Part shown: positions 1 through 15,314 of the stretch, piece by piece | Layout: every line of letters starts with the position of its first letter | Numbering within the stretch: the first letter of the stretch is position 1 | Source of the DNA: Paraspadella gotoi | Taxonomy: Eukaryota > Animalia > Chaetognatha | Length of the DNA: 64,000 nucleotides | Direction of reading: 5' to 3' | NCBI GenBank assembly: GCA_051294375.1 | Contig: CM119263.1 | Location: 10,686,703 to 10,750,702, forward strand | Program-made: the position numbers and the translations under genes | The notes under the pieces: model-generated | Seen by the model: the letters and a program-made list of their open reading frames with translations, nothing else | What the model was told of the DNA's origin: nothing | Database searches by the model: none

Positions 1-5
1 GATCA

Positions 6-1241
6 ATGGAAGGAAAATCGAGCGAAACCTCGCGCAGTAATAGCTTCCATTACGGTGACCTGGGAAGAGTCAATTTTAAAGCCGCCAACTTGATCGAGGC
101 GAATCGAATTCCAAAGCATCAATCAGAAATGATGCAAGAAAGTAAAGTATTGAGATGCACCGTATGCTCGACTAGTTTTACGACTGAGAAGCTTCTGGAG
201 GATCATCTCCAGTCGAGCCACACCAAGGACGATTTCCGGAGGCATCAGAATAACATGGCGGTCTTTCGGTACAGGATGAGAAAAGTAATGCAGGAAACGT
301 CTTTGAAGGAAGAATTGGATAAAGAATCGAAGCGGAACGTAGAGTTGAAAGCAGAAGTCAGGATCTTGGAGGAGTCTATCGAGTATTTTAGAAAAGGATT
401 GCTGCAGAGCAATGGGAAGGCTCCTACCCAGACGTTAAGCCCATATTACAGTCAGATTGCGACCCCATCTTCGAGTCGAAAAACAAGCCCACCTTCCAGT
501 CATTCGTCGAGCCCTTCTTCCAGTGGGCCGGCGAGCCCACCTTCTAGTCAGCCAACTAGTCAACTCCAACTCTTCGAAACCACAAGAGAAAACAATCTTA
601 AGAAAAATTCTGCGAATTTTCACCAATCTATTGGCGCTCAATTTTATTCTCAGATGTTTCCATTAAATTATGATATTCAGAATGAGCCGACTAATTTAAG
701 CATGGGAAAAAAAAGCCAGAGTGGCACAAATTATCAGTGTCATAACGGGATGGAAGTTCAGAAGATAACACGTGATCTCTATCCTTTGTTAGATGATAAG
801 AAAAAGGTCACAAAGTCACAAGGTCTCACAAATTCTTTGACAGAAGAACAGAAAAGATTGGACGGTGAGATAGTGTCGCAGGATTTTAGAAATCTTCGTG
901 GGGAAGTACAGAAAAGGTGGCAAGATTTTTCAAATCACAGTTTGAAAGATGGAGAAGTGTCTCAAGATCTCACTCACGATCTCAGCGAAGCTGAACGGCG
1001 CGCCTCGTTGCTCGATCTACGCAAATCGATAATGAGTTTGCCATCGACGTTTCCACAAAGTCAACTTCTGTCTTCGGTTACAACTGCTCCAACTTCTGAT
1101 ACTCAAACTGTCGATCCTTCTTATCGCAAACGGTCGATACAAAAAGTAGAGTCTTTTAATGAACCTAATTATTTTTCGGGAGAGAAAACCCAGAAACATC
1201 TACCGTTCACAAAACGAGCAAGGTTTTTGTATAGTTTTTAG
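6..1241 (+). CDS. Putative protein with a single C2H2 zinc finger, a coiled-coil-like stretch and a Ser/Pro-rich region; may be the last exon of a gene starting before the window
   Basis: 411-aa uninterrupted ORF; motif C-TV-C-x12-H-LQSS-H (CTVCSTSFTTEKLLEDHLQSSH); heptad-like LKEELDKESKRNVELKAEVRILEESIEYF; AT-rich UTR-like sequence follows the stop. No specific family recognised. Confidence 0.6.
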   Translation: MEGKSSETSRSNSFHYGDLGRVNFKAANLIEANRIPKHQSEMMQESKVLRCTVCSTSFTTEKLLEDHLQSSHTKDDFRRHQNNMAVFRYRMRKVMQETSLKEELDKESKRNVELKAEVRILEESIEYFRKGLLQSNGKAPTQTLSPYYSQIATPSSSRKTSPPSSHSSSPSSSGPASPPSSQPTSQLQLFETTRENNLKKNSANFHQSIGAQFYSQMFPLNYDIQNEPTNLSMGKKSQSGTNYQCHNGMEVQKITRDLYPLLDDKKKVTKSQGLTNSLTEEQKRLDGEIVSQDFRNLRGEVQKRWQDFSNHSLKDGEVSQDLTHDLSEAERRASLLDLRKSIMSLPSTFPQSQLLSSVTTAPTSDTQTVDPSYRKRSIQKVESFNEPNYFSGEKTQKHLPFTKRARFLYSF

Positions 1242-3248
1242 TTCATTTTTGGTTATAGTTTTGTTCAGTCAAAAACTAGTCATTGTTCGTCAATTGGTTG
1301 TATTATGGTTTTAACTTTTAAGTGTAAATAATTGTTTTTTGAAGTCATAAACCAACCCCATGAAAGCCAGTTGTTGAAAAGACGTTCTCAGTTTTTTTTT
1401 GGGAAAAAATGGATTTGCAGTAATTTGAATTGACTATGAAATGAGTTTGTTGCTTTGAAAAAAACATATTTCATCAATCAAAGACATCAACTTAAAAAAT
1501 TTCACTCATAAGTTTCACAATTGGTCATTTCTTATTTCCTATTTTTCCTGTAAATTTTTTGGTTCATCTAAGATTTGGCCGAATTTAATTCGGGATTTAT
1601 TTTCATTAAATTGTCTTCAACAAGTTTTTTTTTAAAACTCCCCTTATTGCTTGTTGTGATATAATTCGGTTTAAAAAACCAGCCTTTTCCCAATTCGTGT
1701 GAAAATATCAGCCTACCTCCGATAACACTTAATGACAGCTAATTTTTTTTTGTGTCAGTGAATGGTTCGAGAATTGTATTAATTTTTTTTATAAATGTGT
1801 AAGTTATAAAATTTGTGCGAGTGAGTCCTTTTATTACTTTTGCGTTTGTATTTGTTGCCTTAAATCCATAAGTGTTCTTTGTATACGTCTTTGAAAGAAA
1901 ATATGCTACGTTCCGTAACCAAACCAGTATTCTATGCTAATTTGCTGTTTTTATTACTCGTTATTTGTTAAATGTTTGTTCAGATATCTTGTAAACTGTA
2001 TGTTTATTTTAACTTTGAACAATTTAATTGATAGTCTTTTAAAAGTTTGAGATACATAGATAGCGGTAGCCGACCAAATTCAAATTTTAATGGGAACAGT
2101 ATTTAACGAATTCATTATTGTTATTAGTTATTGTGTTAAAATATTTTTTTGCAAAAATGTTACGAACCATGAGTAATTCGCTAATTAAATATAAAATTAT
2201 TATTTTGCTATCTAATGTAAAAAAAAATTTTTTGAATATTTTAAAATTTTGATGTTTTATTACTGAAAATTAACAAAAACTATTAAAATCATCGGATGAT
2301 GATGATTTTTTTAGGTTTTTCCTAATTTTGACCAACTTATCAAAATATTGAAAAAATAATTATACTTTGTGTCGACAACTTTTTATAAGCTATCTGAATC
2401 TCCTTTTAAAAATACAAAATTCAAAAAAACATTTTTGACATTTCCTATCTATAAATAAATATTAAAAAATTAATTACTAATGCTTCTTGTCACTTTAGAA
2501 AATTTTGTTCCATTGAAAGTTTTCTCAGAAATGTATGAAGTTTCATTTGTGAAGGTTCCCAAATCAAACTTCTGGTCCACCCCATTGACAAAGTTTGGCT
2601 CTAACAGATGATGTAACGGATTTTGGTTTTAGTAATTGGCTGTGTAAAATGTCAATATTTACATCATTTTTCAGGAAGTTTTGAAACAGTTACGAACTGT
2701 GTCTCATAGTACAGAAATATTTCTTTAAAAGAAAGCTCATCGCAAACCGAGAAAAGCCCGAGTTGTTTTACGTTCGATTCAAACTTGGCCATAAATATTA
2801 AATGAATAATTTAATCTTAACTCAAGTGAATCGTTTATTCGTAAATTGTCTATTAATTTTTTAGGGAGGGAAGGAGAAAAAAATTTAGCTAGATACTCAA
2901 TGGCCGACATTGTGACGAGTTAACCACGGGCCCCTCTTTCAACCCTAACCTGGGCTTCCAGTACAATTCCATGCCTATCCCTTAACCCTAACCCGGGCTT
3001 CCCATACATCTCCGTGCCTCCAAATTATAATTTAAGAGATTTTTTAAAAAAATATTTAATAATTAATAATTATAATATATATTAATAATAATTATTGTAA
3101 TTAATTAAACAAGTTAAATATTTAAAAAAATAGATTTAAAATTTTAAATAATTTACTTGATGCGATAAACCTTTCGTTTTCGTTGTTTGTTATGATTTAG
3201 AGAAAAAACAAAGTTTTTAATTGTGTTACAACGAATTTAATTAGAGAT

Positions 3249-3289
3249 ACGGACATGTTTCGGCTCACATTTCGAGCCTTCATCAGCGT
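3249..3289 (-). ncRNA. Minimal type I hammerhead ribozyme (left pseudo-LTR)
   Basis: Minus strand ACG-CUGAUGA-A-GGCUC(gaaaugu)GAGCC-GAAA-CAU-GUC-CGU. Confidence 0.9.
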
Positions 3290-3708
3290 TTGCCATAAAG
3301 GAAAATATTTGTGCAAAAAGAAGGGTGTGTGAGAGAGAGAGAGAAGAAGAAGAGAGATAGAGGTAAAGGTTTCCAACAAAGTGGTGAGACAGAATAGTGG
3401 TCAGATGAGAGAACAGGCTGAAGTTGAGGACAGATTGAGTGAGTTGTGAAAAGAAATGAAATTTGTTAGAGAGAGAGAGAGAGGGACAACAGGGATAAAT
3501 AAATAAGTATTAAAGATACATTTTGTAATGTACAACAAAAGTAAAAAAATTTTGAAAAACTAAATGTCAGTAAGAGTTTAACAATTATCTAATTTAAATA
3601 GTTAGCTAAAGGATAGTAACATGAAATTATGAAATTTGAAATGTGAAAAAGATAGTTTGATAGTTAGGAGGATAAGAAAGTGAAATATAAGGAGAAAGAA
3701 AGAGCTCA

Positions 3709-3933
3709 AAAGGTATTAGAGAGGCAATTTACATCAAAGCCCTCGAGCCCTCTTTGAACACGTCGTGATGGAGGACGATTCAATCTCCCCTCAAGTTATG
3801 ATACGCTTATCAAAAGCGTGGTGAAGGCCCCGCCTCCACCACGCCCGCACAATGATTCCCCTGTCTCCACTCAACGAGAACAGGCGGAGACCCTTGCGCA
3901 GGCAATGGGCAAACGATGCCTCTCACTCAAATG
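3709..3933 (+). pseudogene. C-terminal remnant of a Penelope GIY-YIG endonuclease ORF (frameshifted)
   Basis: Reads KGIREAIYIKALEPSLN, then after a frameshift near 3760 RRDGGRFNLPSSYDTLIKS, matching the EAIxI...PxLNRDxG motif that ends PLE endonucleases. Confidence 0.8.
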
Positions 3934-4691
3934 AAGCAACTCAGTCCCTCTCTCTGGCGACTGGGGCGCCGCCCAAAACGACGGCTTCAGGAGGAGGGAG
4001 AGGAGTCCACCACTCCTGTCACGAAAGCGGCAAGAACGGACAACCGCCCACCTCGCCAGCAGGCGAGAAGAGGGCAGCCAGCAGGCACAACAGGTCAAAG
4101 AGACATAAGAGTGGCTCTGGGAATCTTTCCGTCAGGTTCGATACCCAGTGCAACATTCACTGGTTCAACCACACTCTCCTCTTAGCCTATGACGCGCTAA
4201 TGACCTGGCACCATCGTCTCTGTCCTTCATTTGCATATAAAACAAGGGGGGCCAGCTCATTTTGAGCTCTTTCTTTCTCCTTATATTTCACTTTCTTATC
4301 CTCCTAACTATCAAACTATCTTTTTCACATTTCAAATTTCATAATTCATGTTACTATCCTTTAGCTAACTATTTAAATTAGATAATTGTTAAACTCTTAC
4401 TGACATTTTAGTTTTCAAAATTTTTTACTTTTGTTGTACATTACAAAATGTATCTTTAATACTTATTTATTTATCCCTGTTGTCCCTCTCTCTCTCTCTC
4501 TCTCTCTCTCTAACAAATTTCATTTCTTTTCACAACTCACTCAATCTGTCCTCAACTTCAGCCTGTTCTCTCATCTGACCACTATTCTGTCTCACCACTT
4601 TGTGGAAAAACCTTTACCTCTATCTCTCTTCTCTCTCTCTCTCTCTTCTCTCACACCCTTCTTTTTTGCACAAATATTTTCCTTATGGCAA

Positions 4692-4732
4692 ACGCTGATG
4701 AAGGCTCGAAATGTGAGCCGAAACATGTCCGT
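4692..4732 (+). ncRNA. Minimal type I hammerhead ribozyme (right pseudo-LTR)
   Basis: ACG-CUGAUGA(4695-4701)-A-GGCUC/GAGCC stem II-GAAA(4720-4723)-CAU-GUC-CGU; predicted cleavage after C4729. Confidence 0.9.
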
Positions 4733-5411
4733 ATCTCTAATTAAATTCGTTGTAACACAATTAAAAACTTTGTTTTTTCTCTAAATAATTTACTTTAAAT
4801 TTTATTAAATGATCCAAGGTTAAGCAAATTAATTTTTATGTTAAAGATTTCTAAGTATATCAGTTTTTTGATAATTTTAAAAGCTTTTAAAAATATATTA
4901 TTTTAAATAATATTTTATTAAAAAATATTAAAAGTTATAAATTTAAAAACCGCCAACTTTTTCTACATATTGTTAAAACATCTCTTAATTAATCAATATT
5001 AAATTTATATATAGAAATAATTTTAATATTTTTTATTTAATTTTTAAAATTAATAAATAAACATTAGTTGGTAAATAGCAGCGTCTTTCTAGCGGCGGAT
5101 TTAAAATTTTCACCGTGTAGGGAGCAGAAATTTCTTTTTTTAAACTACTAAACAATTTAAATGCCGAATATCATTTCCAAAACGTATTTGGGAAACGTTT
5201 TAAATGTTATATTAGGTAAGATAATATTCCAAATCCCCTCCCTTTTGTTGCCCAATTATTTCGTAATCAGAGGCGAATATCCGAGAGAGGGCTACGTGCG
5301 ATGCCGACTCTTCCCTCCACTCAAGGAATGTTTAGTCATCGTGATACCAGGGCAACTCTGTATCCTTGTTCTTTTCTCAAAACTAATTAACGTAAACAAA
5401 ACATACAAACA

Positions 5412-7898
<2,487 letters not shown>

Positions 7899-8611
7899 AG
7901 GACTTTTTTTACTAAGCCAAATTCACTTTTTTATTTCTCACAATTACGTAGTCGTTTGCTTCCTTGTGATATCTTGACCCATGCCGCTAAACCTGTCGGG
8001 GTTAAAGACTGCAAAGTTTACAGTTTATATTTACAGCGTGTTGTTAAATAGCTTGTAGTTAAGTAGCTTATCTAGGGAACATTTGAGTTTTACCTGGTTG
8101 CGGGTTTTGTTTTTATTTCGCCGAGAGGATTTACGTATTGTGTAAAAAATTATATTTAATAAAACCAATATACATATGTATGAAAAATTTGAACGTTTAC
8201 CAGCCTAAATAAATGATTATGTAGTTGATATACTTTAGTTAAAAAATGAGTTTGAGATGTAAAAATTAGGACTATAAAGTATTGTAAATACATACAACTG
8301 CATGTAATTTCTTAAATATGTAAATTACTGCACATATAAATATTTTGTACGAAACGCATTCATCAATTACATTTTATTTTTTTTTTTATTCAAGGTTCAT
8401 TGTTTTTTTTTCTTAATAAAGTTCGTATTTCATCTTTTGGGTTTTATTTTTGAGAATGAAGTCAGGGCCGTTATTACTGTCATTTATTCTACTTAACATT
8501 AACGGTGAAAAAAATTTGGTTTGAAAAAATAAAAATAATTTTATTTAAAACGTTACTCCTTGTAAGAAATTTATCAATGATTATCATATTAAAGTGGAAT
8601 TATGCAAAAAT

Positions 8612-11600
8612 TTATGAGTTTTTTCTCGTTAAAGAAATGTGAACGGCTTTGACTTGACAAAGCTCCCGCATTCCTTCCTCCCCCATCTCCCTTCCGAATC
8701 CGGACATTTTGTAGCCTCCGAAGGGTACTTGAACGCTATAAGGTCCGTAACAGTTGATGTAAACAGAGCCTGCTTCCAAAACCGAGGCCAAGTAATTGGC
8801 CTTCTCTAGATCTTTGGTAAAGACAGCTGCGGCCAAACCGTAAGAACTGTTGTTCGCTCTTTCAATGACTTCCTCGATGTCCTGCAATAAAGGATCAGAA
8901 ATAAAAACCTAGTGGTACGTAAGATTTGAGGAATCAATTTCTTAATAATTAGAATCCTTCATTACGCGATAACACGACGATAACCTTTTCACCTTAAACT
9001 TGAGTATTTGCATGACCGGACCAAATATTTCCTCCTTGGCAATCCTCATGTGGTCTTTCACGTCGGCGAAGACGGTCGACTCGATGAAAAACCCTTTGGC
9101 CAATTCACCGTCGCAGGCTCCCCCCCCGCATTTCAGCGACGCCCCTTCTTCAACGCCGCTACGAATCAAATCCAAGATCTTTTCGTATTGAACCTCGTCT
9201 GGAATATTTACGAAAACTATTGACTTAAAAGAAACTACTCATTTTCGATTAATTTAATTAGAACTACCAGATTTTTTGCAGACGGATCGATCGTTTCAAA
9301 GATTGCAAAACACAAAAACATTTAATTATTTTTATATTTTTCTACCTATCTGCGGTCCGGATTCCACTCCCAACTTCCACGGGTTTCCGACGACCCGTTT
9401 CTTTGCCCGCTCGACGCTTCGTGTCACGAATTCGTCGTAGATGTCTTCTTGAACAAAACATCTCGTGCCAGCGTCGCAACTCTGCCCCATGTTGTCGAAG
9501 ACAGCTTCGTGCGAAGCCTCGACGGCTGACTCGAAGTCGCAGTCTGACAAAATGATGTTAGCGCTCTTTCCTCCAAGCTCCACTTGAACACCTTTCAGGT
9601 TAGTCTTGCCCGACGCCTAGATAATTTTTTTACTTTTTATAATATTTACTATTATATTTTATATAAAAAAAGGATACTTTGACATACCTGTTGAATCAAC
9701 CCTCCGACCTCAGTTGATCCAGTAAAAAGAATTTTTGCGACGTCGGGGTGTTCGCTTAGAGCCGCACCGGCTGTAGGGCCGTAGCCAGGGACGACGTTAA
9801 GAACGCCCACTGGGAATCCTAAACACAGATCAAAAAATTTATTAGATATTGATTATTCAATAAACTTTCTCGACGTCTAGAAATCATACGAACTCTTTCT
9901 ATCGTAAAATCACCGCCCCTAAGCTAACCTGCTTCCACAACCAGATTGGCCAAAGCTAAAGTCGTTAAAGGTGTCTGTTCCGCCGGCTTCAAGACGATGG
10001 TGTTGCCGCAAGCCAGAGCGGGAGCTGCCTTGTGGATGCTCATGCACAACGGAAAGTTCCATGGTGTAATCGCTCATAAGATAGAGAGAAGAATATTTTA
10101 TTATTTTCGCGGCTATTATTTGTCGACACCCGAGTCTTATTAGTTATTTGTAAAAAAAACTTTACAAACTAATCCTTTGAAATTCCAAGATACGTAAGTA
10201 TCGAAATCAAATGGATATTGAAAAGAAAAAAAATAATGCTGTCGTAGTACCGAAATCCAATTCCGGTATGAAAAATTTGAATTGAGCCTAAAATTCATGA
10301 TCAATTTTCCGTACTTCAAAATGTCGCTGTTTATGAAAATGTTTATAAATAGTTTTTTATCCACTTGGCGTCTTGTTGATATTTAGTACCTTAATAAAAT
10401 ATTCAAAGCATATAGATATTCCAGTTGCTTTTACCGGCAAGAAACAGCAATATCTATATCAGACAATAATACTACTAATAATCAATAAAAGTACTAACTC
10501 TTATTAAACACAAACAATTACAAATGATCACGGACTGATTATATGAAAAGCACAGAAGATGTCCAAACGTTTAATTCGTCTGAAGAGTCTGATCTGAATG
10601 CTAAATCCCAAATGATCGCAAGAGATAGGCCGTGAGCCGAAAGTCGATATCTCTCTTCTTTGGGAGACAAAAAGAGCATCCGAGTTATGGTCGTCTGGAC
10701 TTTACATTATCACTTAGAAATCAAATTCCAGGCACTAGAACTTCTAGTAGAGGCGTAAGACTAAGAAGCCCCCCTCGACCCACCCGAAAGGGGAAAAGAC
10801 GTCAGAAAAAAAAAAAATTTGCTGAAAACCCGGGACCGGTAGTGTAGCTGATTAATTTGTGGATTATTTCAAATCAAAATATTACCAATATATTAGAACC
10901 AAAATATTTTGAAGCGTTTTTTGGTCCGCTCAATATAGGAAATCCACGAAACCTTCCACGGAAATCGAATACACGTAAAGTAAAGTAAAAGTTTGTGAGT
11001 TTGCGCCGAGTTGTTTAAACCCTGAATCAGTTAGTGACCAGGAGGCAAAAAGAGCAGATTTACGTGGTCGTTATGACTACGCAATAAAAAACTAATCAAT
11101 CAAACAGTTAAAGCCACGATTTACCTCCGACAACGCCGAGGGGTTCGAGTCTCGTATAGGAAAAGTAATTTCCGTCCGTGGGGATTGTTTTGCCGCACAT
11201 TTTGTCGGCCCAACCCGCGCAATACCGCACCATGGCGATAGCATGTTCCATATCACTCTCGTAGGCCATCTGTTATCAACTGAAATTATCATCGTCGATA
11301 TCGTAAAAGATGTTATTTGCCCAACCGTGAAGGGCTTCCCGTTGTCCAGCGTCTCGAGACTGGCGAGGTAATTCTTGTCTCTTTCCATCAAATCGGCCAG
11401 CTTCATAAGCAATCGTCCTCTTTGGGAAGCGTCCATGGACCGCCACACGGAGTTAAGCCTGAAGGCCTTCTTGGCCGCCTGAAAATTGAAATGTCCATTG
11501 ACGAATCAGTATGGAATAAAACCTTGAACGAAGACACAATTTACCTGAACGGCAAGGTCAACATCATCCTTGTCCCCCTCGGCGACATGACATATTATTT

Positions 11601-11712
11601 CTTTGTTTGTAGGATTCACGACAGGGAAAGTCTTGCTCGACAATGCGTCTTTCCATTCGCCGTTAATAAAAATCTTTGTAAATCTCACTTCAGGATTGGT
11701 TTCCGGTTCCAT
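8612..11712 (-). CDS. Aldehyde dehydrogenase, ALDH1A/ALDH2 family
   Basis: Exons 11712-11545, 11478-11326, 11269-11125, 10072-9929, 9818-9688, 9616-9346, 9198-8993, 8881-8612; motifs [35 protein letters not shown] (catalytic Glu), GQSCDAG (catalytic Cys), [16 protein letters not shown]. Confidence 0.95.
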
Positions 11713-12594
11713 TTGGACAAAACGACGAGACGGCGCAAAGATAAAGTTTGGATTAACGACAAATTGAAGCGTTTGTTCAATGAATTTAAATAACAATTTT
11801 ATTTTTAGCCCGGTAATGGAGAAAGATTTACGATAAAATGGGCAGAAATTATTATTTACGAATCCTAAGCCTAAGGGAAAAAAAAAAAAAAGATTTAAAT
11901 AGGGAGAAATTTTAAACAACCAAGGATTAATTAGTTTAGTTTATTTTATTTAGTTTTGCTATATAAATAATTATGCTTTGTGACGATGCGTAATTATAAT
12001 TTTGAACAGCTTTTTTTTATAAAAAAAAATTGAGCTTAAAAGTTCGTCTTCTTTGAACAGCTATTTTGGCCCAGCCAGTATCATAACTGGCTGAACTGTA
12101 GTTTAAAGTTCAAGTTAACGAGCACAAAGTTTGTTAGAACCTCACTTCTCGACCCGGTGTAGAGAAAGAATAAGTATTAGAGTACTGAAGACTCCGTAAT
12201 CAGTAGCGCCGAAATATTTATGAATTTTTTAAGTCTTATTCAGTCCAATTGAAATACTGAATTATTATCCAAAGTAAAATAGAGCAAATCGATAATAAGC
12301 ATAAAAATCAATAGTTATAATAGCAATTAAACATATCCACGGAAGGAACCACGAAAGAACAAATAAAACGTTTTATTTTCTGTAAAAGTCACGTAACATT
12401 TGCTCTTTTGTTTTCGTTTCGTTGTTTTTAGGAATTTTTAGAAAAAAAACGGTTTTTAATAGTCAAACAACGATTTTATTGACAGATGAGTCATAATAGT
12501 CATTTATTAATGAGATGATAAGCATTCATTGATGCGATGATAGTCATTTATTGATGTGATGAATCATTCATCATAAATAAAACAAACATGCGTG

Positions 12595-12649
<55 letters not shown>

Positions 12650-12855
12650 ATTAACCGCTGCAGAGCTGAACTCGTTTTTAGACGAATCAGAAGAGGCAGC
12701 GCCTGATAAAAAAAAAGAGAAATTGTTACAAATTTTTTCAATCGGAAGTTGTAAAAATGATGCAAGTGGAAAAAATATTAATATTTTAAAAAATTTTTTG
12801 TACTTTATTTATAATTATTTCTACTATAGTATAGTATTTATTTATTTATTTATTT

Positions 12856-12914
12856 ATCTGATTACCGCTTAATTATCGTGGGCAGATCCGACATTGTTTG
12901 CTCAAACTTGTTTA
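12856..12914 (+). repeat. Short (~60 bp) dispersed repeat
   Basis: CTGATTACCGCTTAATTATCG...GCTCAAACTTGTTTA recurs inverted at ~25148-25206 and partially at ~60989-61036. Confidence 0.7.
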
Positions 12915-13055
12915 GCGAATTTCCTTTCTTTTCGTTGTGTTTGGATTAGTAGAAATAAGTTTGAGTTTATTTGCAACAACGATTTTATTAGTACATAAGG
13001 ACGTACATGTTTCGGCTTTAGTTACAAGCCTTCTTCAGCGTCATACTCATAGAAA
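12915..13055 (-). mobile_element. Short PLE 3'-end insertion carrying a hammerhead
   Basis: 14-bp direct repeat CTCAAACTTGTTTA at 12901-12914 and 13056-13069; shares the CAACGAAAA(N)GAAAGG tail with the other copies. Confidence 0.75.
13000..13042 (-). ncRNA. Minimal type I hammerhead ribozyme (CUGAAGA / GUA variant)
   Basis: Minus strand GACG-CUGAAGA-A-GGCUU(guaacua)AAGCC-GAAA-CAU-GUA-CGUC. Confidence 0.85.
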
Positions 13056-15314
13056 CTCAAACTTGTTTAATTATAATCTTTGGTAAGAATTTGAATTCAT
13101 TATGAATATCTATTCTATTTTTTATCCCTGTTCTTTTGTCGTTTAGAAAGCTTCTCTCAAACCCCATTACAATTTCCGAAGCGCAACAATCGTAAGGAGA
13201 ATATCTTTTGTTTTCCGCACCGTAACATACCTCCTACTAGTACTACTAGTACTACTACTACTACTACAACTAGTACAAGGTCACCTAGTTTGAGTTAAGA
13301 CTTCATTTTCTTAGAATTAACGATTAAACTCTCTCATTGTTATCCTGTTGGCTTATAGTAATTTCTGCTACGTACAATGACGTCTGTCGACCCGGTAATC
13401 GATAGTAAACCTGTTGAGGGGTTTAAAATAGTTTTTCACGTTCATCTTTAAAGAAGAGAGAATGAAGTCCAGCGGCAGATGTTCTGGTTCAAAAGAAAGA
13501 AGCGGTCTGACTGGTCAGCTGTTGTGTCCGAAGAAACCTGTTCCTTCGAATTGTGATGGAAAGTAACAATTTAACTACTGAGAGCGTCAGGTTACCATTT
13601 ATATTCTTTTGTATATATAAAGAGGTTTAACTTTTTCTCTTCTCAAGCAAAACACGGAGGGGGGAGGAAAAAAAAATTCTTAAATTAGACAATATAACAT
13701 GAGTAATTGGAAAGGGGAACGGACGAAAATACGGACGGACAAAAATCGTCGGAGGAATCTAAATTAAGAGAAATTAAAAATAATTATTAGAACATGGACA
13801 TTTTTTTTCGTTAATAAACAAAGAAGTACAAATTTTCTTTTTTTGATTTTTTTTTGTCAATTAATAAAGAATATACGAAAAAAAATTACCAATTTTAAAA
13901 TTTATTTAAATTTTCGTCTCAATTTTTTTCACAAAGAGTTTAAAATAGAACTATTAAATAAGAGGGGAGAAATGTCCCAAAAAAATCTGCTGGAAAGCAA
14001 GTGCACCAGTTGCTATATATTTGCTTTATAGGAACATAAACGTCAGGGAATTTTCTAACTAATGAAATAAACAAATATTAATCACATTCAGTCAGTTAAG
14101 AGTTATAACAATTCTTTTCATTTCACTCCAATTTGAAATCCGTGTATTTATATTACTGCGCAAACTTAAATTTGAGGGAACTACAGGGAAAATACAAATG
14201 CGATTAGCAAATCACCGACGAAGGTTGGTTACGGTCGTCGAAATTCAAACTTACTCATTAAAAGTTTTAAATAATAAAACTAATATTGTTAAACTATTGC
14301 TTCTAATGTTTTAATTAAATAAATAACCCTTTGGGAGATTATGCGTAGTTTACTCTACATATTTATTATAAAATAAAAACTATGGTACTTTTTATCTATC
14401 ATCCAGTCAAAAAAAAACTAAATTTCTGATATGTTTAGGGCATTGTTATCACTCAAAAAGTGTAATTTCATCGAGAATTTTTTAAGGTTTGACTTTTAGA
14501 ACTATTTGCTAATGTTCTTTGAACACAAAAAAAATTTATCGTCGATACTCAAAGTCTCACGGTAAGTCTTCGAGACGATAGAAACCAGAAATTCTCAATT
14601 TTAAGGTTTTTTTGAGTTTAAAAAAAATTCAAGATAAACGACCCAAGGGGAAAAAGTTAACCACCAATCGGTCAATAATGTCCTTCGAAATTCGCCGTGA
14701 ATTCCATAATCAATAATGTTTAAAAATCTTTTATCTACCAAAAATTATGTCGTACTCAGTGTTTGATTTTTTCAAGCATCTGATATTTGACCCATATTTG
14801 ACTGTAAAGTTGGACTCAACGTTGACCATTTGCCACAATTTTTGAAACAGTAATGTCATATTTTCCCTCATTTTTTGTCCTCTTCTTCACACGTCTTTCC
14901 CCCCGTCTCGAATTCTCTCCTCGAAACTTCTTTAATATCGGGATTCGTACTCACTCAATAAGCTCAAGACTTGTTTGACTCCACGATTGACAACTTCTGG
15001 AGTTTCAAATTTTGTTTACGATAATTTTGGTCTAAGAAGCTCATTTTGCCCCGTTTTTAATAAAAAAAAACAATTTACGTATTTTTTCGTAAAATTAAAT
15101 ACACGAAAAAGTTTGATCGATCATCCGACGAAAACAAAACTATCAACGTGGGGGATAACCTTTGTTATTCATCTTTCAAAACGAATTTTTTTTTTAAATT
15201 AGAAAACTACAACAAATTTCGGCTCAAAACATCGACTTCTTTCGGTACTCAAGAGTTGGCACACCTTGTTCGCTAGATATATTCGTTGACCGGCTTTGAC
15301 ACCCTTTTGGCACC

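Larger units (their letters stand above)
3159..4781 (+). mobile_element. 5'-truncated Penelope-like retroelement (PLE) with inverted pseudo-LTRs
   Basis: Near-identical inverted arms ~3195-3711 / 4260-4786; each arm carries a hammerhead; the spacer begins with a frameshifted PLE GIY-YIG C-terminus; 14-bp direct repeat TAAATAATTTACTT at 3145-3158 and 4782-4795 (TSD). Confidence 0.9.

Noticed and set aside
3197-4784. Twin ORFs ending WQTLMKARNVSRNMSV
   Set aside because: This peptide is the translated hammerhead in each pseudo-LTR arm, not a protein gene.
10580-10646. CUGAAGA...GCCGAAAGUC hammerhead-like motif
   Set aside because: Long unpaired interval and no stem III; lies in another repeat.
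12184-12220. CUGAAGA...GAAA hammerhead-like spacing
   Set aside because: No convincing stem II or stem I pairing.
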